Source of the DNA: Candidatus Caldarchaeum sp.
Lineage (GTDB): Archaea > Thermoproteota > Nitrososphaeria_A > Caldarchaeales > Caldarchaeaceae
Assembly: GCA_038844785.1 (NCBI GenBank)
Contig: JAWBRA010000022.1
Span: forward strand, 1 to 27,387
Direction: 5' to 3'
DNA: 27,387 nt
The notes under the pieces were generated by a model. It saw only the letters and a program-made list of their open reading frames with translations, did not search any database and was not told the DNA's origin. A program made the position numbers and the translations under genes. The first letter of the stretch is position 1; every line of letters starts with the position of its first letter. Positions 25,734 through 27,387 of the stretch are shown here, piece after piece.

Positions 25734-26528
25734 TTATATTTGGAGCGACTCCTCTATCTCTCTTCCCAGCACAAGCCTGAACCCGTGTCTCTCAGCCTCC
25801 TCCACCAGCTTTTCCGCCGCTTGCTTCGACGCAGTAGCCACCGAGAGAACCGTCAACACAGGCCTCAGCCCATACTTCTCCTCCACAACCCTCACCCGTG
25901 TGAGAAGCTTTTCAACCTCTCTGGAGGCTGAGGCTACATCCTTGAGCGAGGACGTTACCTCGCCTACAACCAGGGGGTTTTCGGAGAATATGTCTATCTC
26001 AAGAATCTCCCCGTTGTGCAGGATGTGCTTCTTCTCAACCTTTACGCCCTCGTATCCCATTTCATGGAGGACTAGTTCAACATAGGCCGCAGCATGCATC
26101 TCGAATGTGACCCCTAAAGCGGACTTAAGCTCGCTAAAGGCCGTGAACATGTAGCTCCGTGTCCTCCTCATCTCCTCCCAGAGCTTCTCCTGACCCTCCC
26201 ACAGCTTTTCCTGACCATGCCACAGCTTCTCCTGACCCTCTCTAAGATTCTTTACTTCTTCCCACAGCTTATTCTGTCCCTCCCAGAGCTTCTCCTGACC
26301 TTCCCTCAAACTTCTAACCTCCTCCCATAGTTTATTCTGCCCCTCTCTAAGGCTTCTAACCTCCTCCCACAGCCTGTTGCTGTTGTCCCACAGCTTCTCC
26401 TGACCCTCCCTGAGATTCTTCAGCGCCTTCAGTATTTCGGAAAGCCCTAAGTAGCCTGCCACCGTGTAGCGGAACTCCTCATCCTTCTCCAGGAGCTCGA
26501 TGAACTCACGCCTGAGCTTTCCGGCCAT
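25734..26528 (-). CDS. Heptad-repeat coiled-coil protein with C-terminal PD-(D/E)xK-like domain (DUF3782-like)
   Basis: N-terminal ELLEKDEEFRYTVAGYLGL, repeats of EGQEKLW and EEVRSLR, and C-terminal EIDIF...VVGEVT. Confidence 0.8.
   Translation of the reverse strand: MAGKLRREFIELLEKDEEFRYTVAGYLGLSEILKALKNLREGQEKLWDNSNRLWEEVRSLREGQNKLWEEVRSLREGQEKLWEGQNKLWEEVKNLREGQEKLWHGQEKLWEGQEKLWEEMRRTRSYMFTAFSELKSALGVTFEMHAAAYVELVLHEMGYEGVKVEKKHILHNGEILEIDIFSENPLVVGEVTSSLKDVASASREVEKLLTRVRVVEEKYGLRPVLTVLSVATASKQAAEKLVEEAERHGFRLVLGREIEESLQI
26172..26414 (-). repeat. 21-bp-unit coding tandem repeats (heptads)
   Basis: Recurrent CCCA(C/G)AGCTT(C/A)TCCTGACCCT-type units encoding EGQ(E/N)KLW, interleaved with EEV(R/K)(S/N)LR. 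Confidence 0.85.
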
Positions 26529-27150
26529 TCAACAGTCCAATGTGAGATGTGTTGAGCACGTTATAAAGAATTTGTTGACGGCGGCGTGTCAGCTAGATAA
26601 TCGGATGCTATACTTATTTCGATTTGTCGCCTTTCATATAAGTGATGGCTTGGTCGCCTGCTCTGTGAAGTATAGGATGCTGGAAATATCGACCTCTGGC
26701 CCACGTAGCTGGAAAAAGTTTTCATCTACTGGTGCGGGCCTAGAACTCCGCCCCATTGTAAACCCTGTAACTCCTACAGGTTAGCGGAAAAGCCTTTATG
26801 AGTTAATATGAAGATTTTCCAAAAAAGGTTCTCTTCCTCTGCGAGTGCAGATATGCTCTTCGTATCTTATAATCCCGGAGGTTGTTGCCGCATGGGGCGA
26901 TTGCCACAGAGCTAGAAAGAAGACGATACCAAATAAATCAGACCTTCAGTATAACAAAAGGTTGTAGAAGGGGAGATTTCTAACCTTAGCTGTATAATCT
27001 ACGTCGGCGTTGTAGCCCAACTCCAGCTCTACCAGCAACAAGTCAACAGCGAAGCCAGCCTCCTCAACATTTTCACAGAGGTTTGGTCTATTGGGTCTGT
27101 TACAAGAACATGTAAACCAAGGTTTAACAGAAACTGAAAGAAGGAAAAAT

Positions 27151-27217
27151 AGGGGAGGGTATGGCTGGAGGCCAACCAGCAAGACAACACCTAAGAACCC
27201 CTGCAAGAGAGAGGCCG
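27151..27217 (+). repeat. Diverged dispersed repeat, copy 2
   Basis: AGGGGAGGGTATGGCTGGAGGCC...GAGAGAGGCCG. See copy 1. Confidence 0.7.
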
Positions 27218-27387
27218 GTATGTTATATTCTACGTTATGTATGGGATTGTGAGACCCATACATGTTAACTGACCGTTTCTCTGATTTTCTCGATTGTTTG
27301 TAGTTGGTTTTTGGCTGTTATCATCGCAGTTCCTTTTAAAGCCATAGTCAGCATCTCTAAAGCTTTACGAGGCCCTCCGCTGAATAT

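Noticed and set aside
807-25931. Numerous short ORFs antisense to or nested in the called genes (for example 2392-2862, 6209-6790, 13798-14196, 23661-24059)
   Set aside because: Shadow ORFs of well-supported genes, with no independent motifs.
26172-26414. Regular repeats as a possible CRISPR array
   Set aside because: Units are multiples of 21 bp, in frame within a CDS, have no unique spacers, and no cas genes are present.
26500-27263. ORFs 26500-26784 (+) and 26946-27263 (-)
   Set aside because: No family motifs, atypical composition, and overlap with the decayed repeat region.

Overview
This is an archaeal window, judging by Alba, DUF2070, archaeal-type IS6 elements and TATA-like boxes about 25-30 nt upstream of many starts. 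The gene content suggests a thermophilic TACK archaeon, possibly Caldarchaeales/Aigarchaeota (inference). Positions ~1-19.97 kb form an IS6-riddled accessory region encoding what reads as one CoA- and B12-dependent catabolic system: a beta-hydroxyacid dehydrogenase, a CitE-like CoA-ester lyase, an atypical M24-fold enzyme, an MFS permease, an acetyl-CoA hydrolase/transferase-family CoA transferase, a Liv-type ABC transporter whose binding-protein gene lies ~10 kb from the permease start, an acyl-CoA dehydrogenase, two RipB/Mch-like MaoC hydratases, a two-subunit acyl-CoA mutase with a strongly remodelled substrate pocket, and a GctAB/IpdAB-like pair lacking the canonical catalytic Glu. The best candidate for an undescribed system is this mutase-centred pathway for a branched or bulky dicarboxylate (for example dimethyl-, ethyl- or other alkyl-malonate feeding an itaconate/mesaconate-type lower pathway). 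From ~20 kb the genes look more like backbone: LLM oxidoreductase, YjbQ, a second ACAD, Alba, an orphan PqqD/RRE-like protein and DUF2070. These are followed by a heptad-repeat coiled-coil protein flanked by two diverged, oppositely oriented copies of a decayed sequence. No rRNA, tRNA or CRISPR array was seen. All family assignments come from motif recognition by eye, without database searches.
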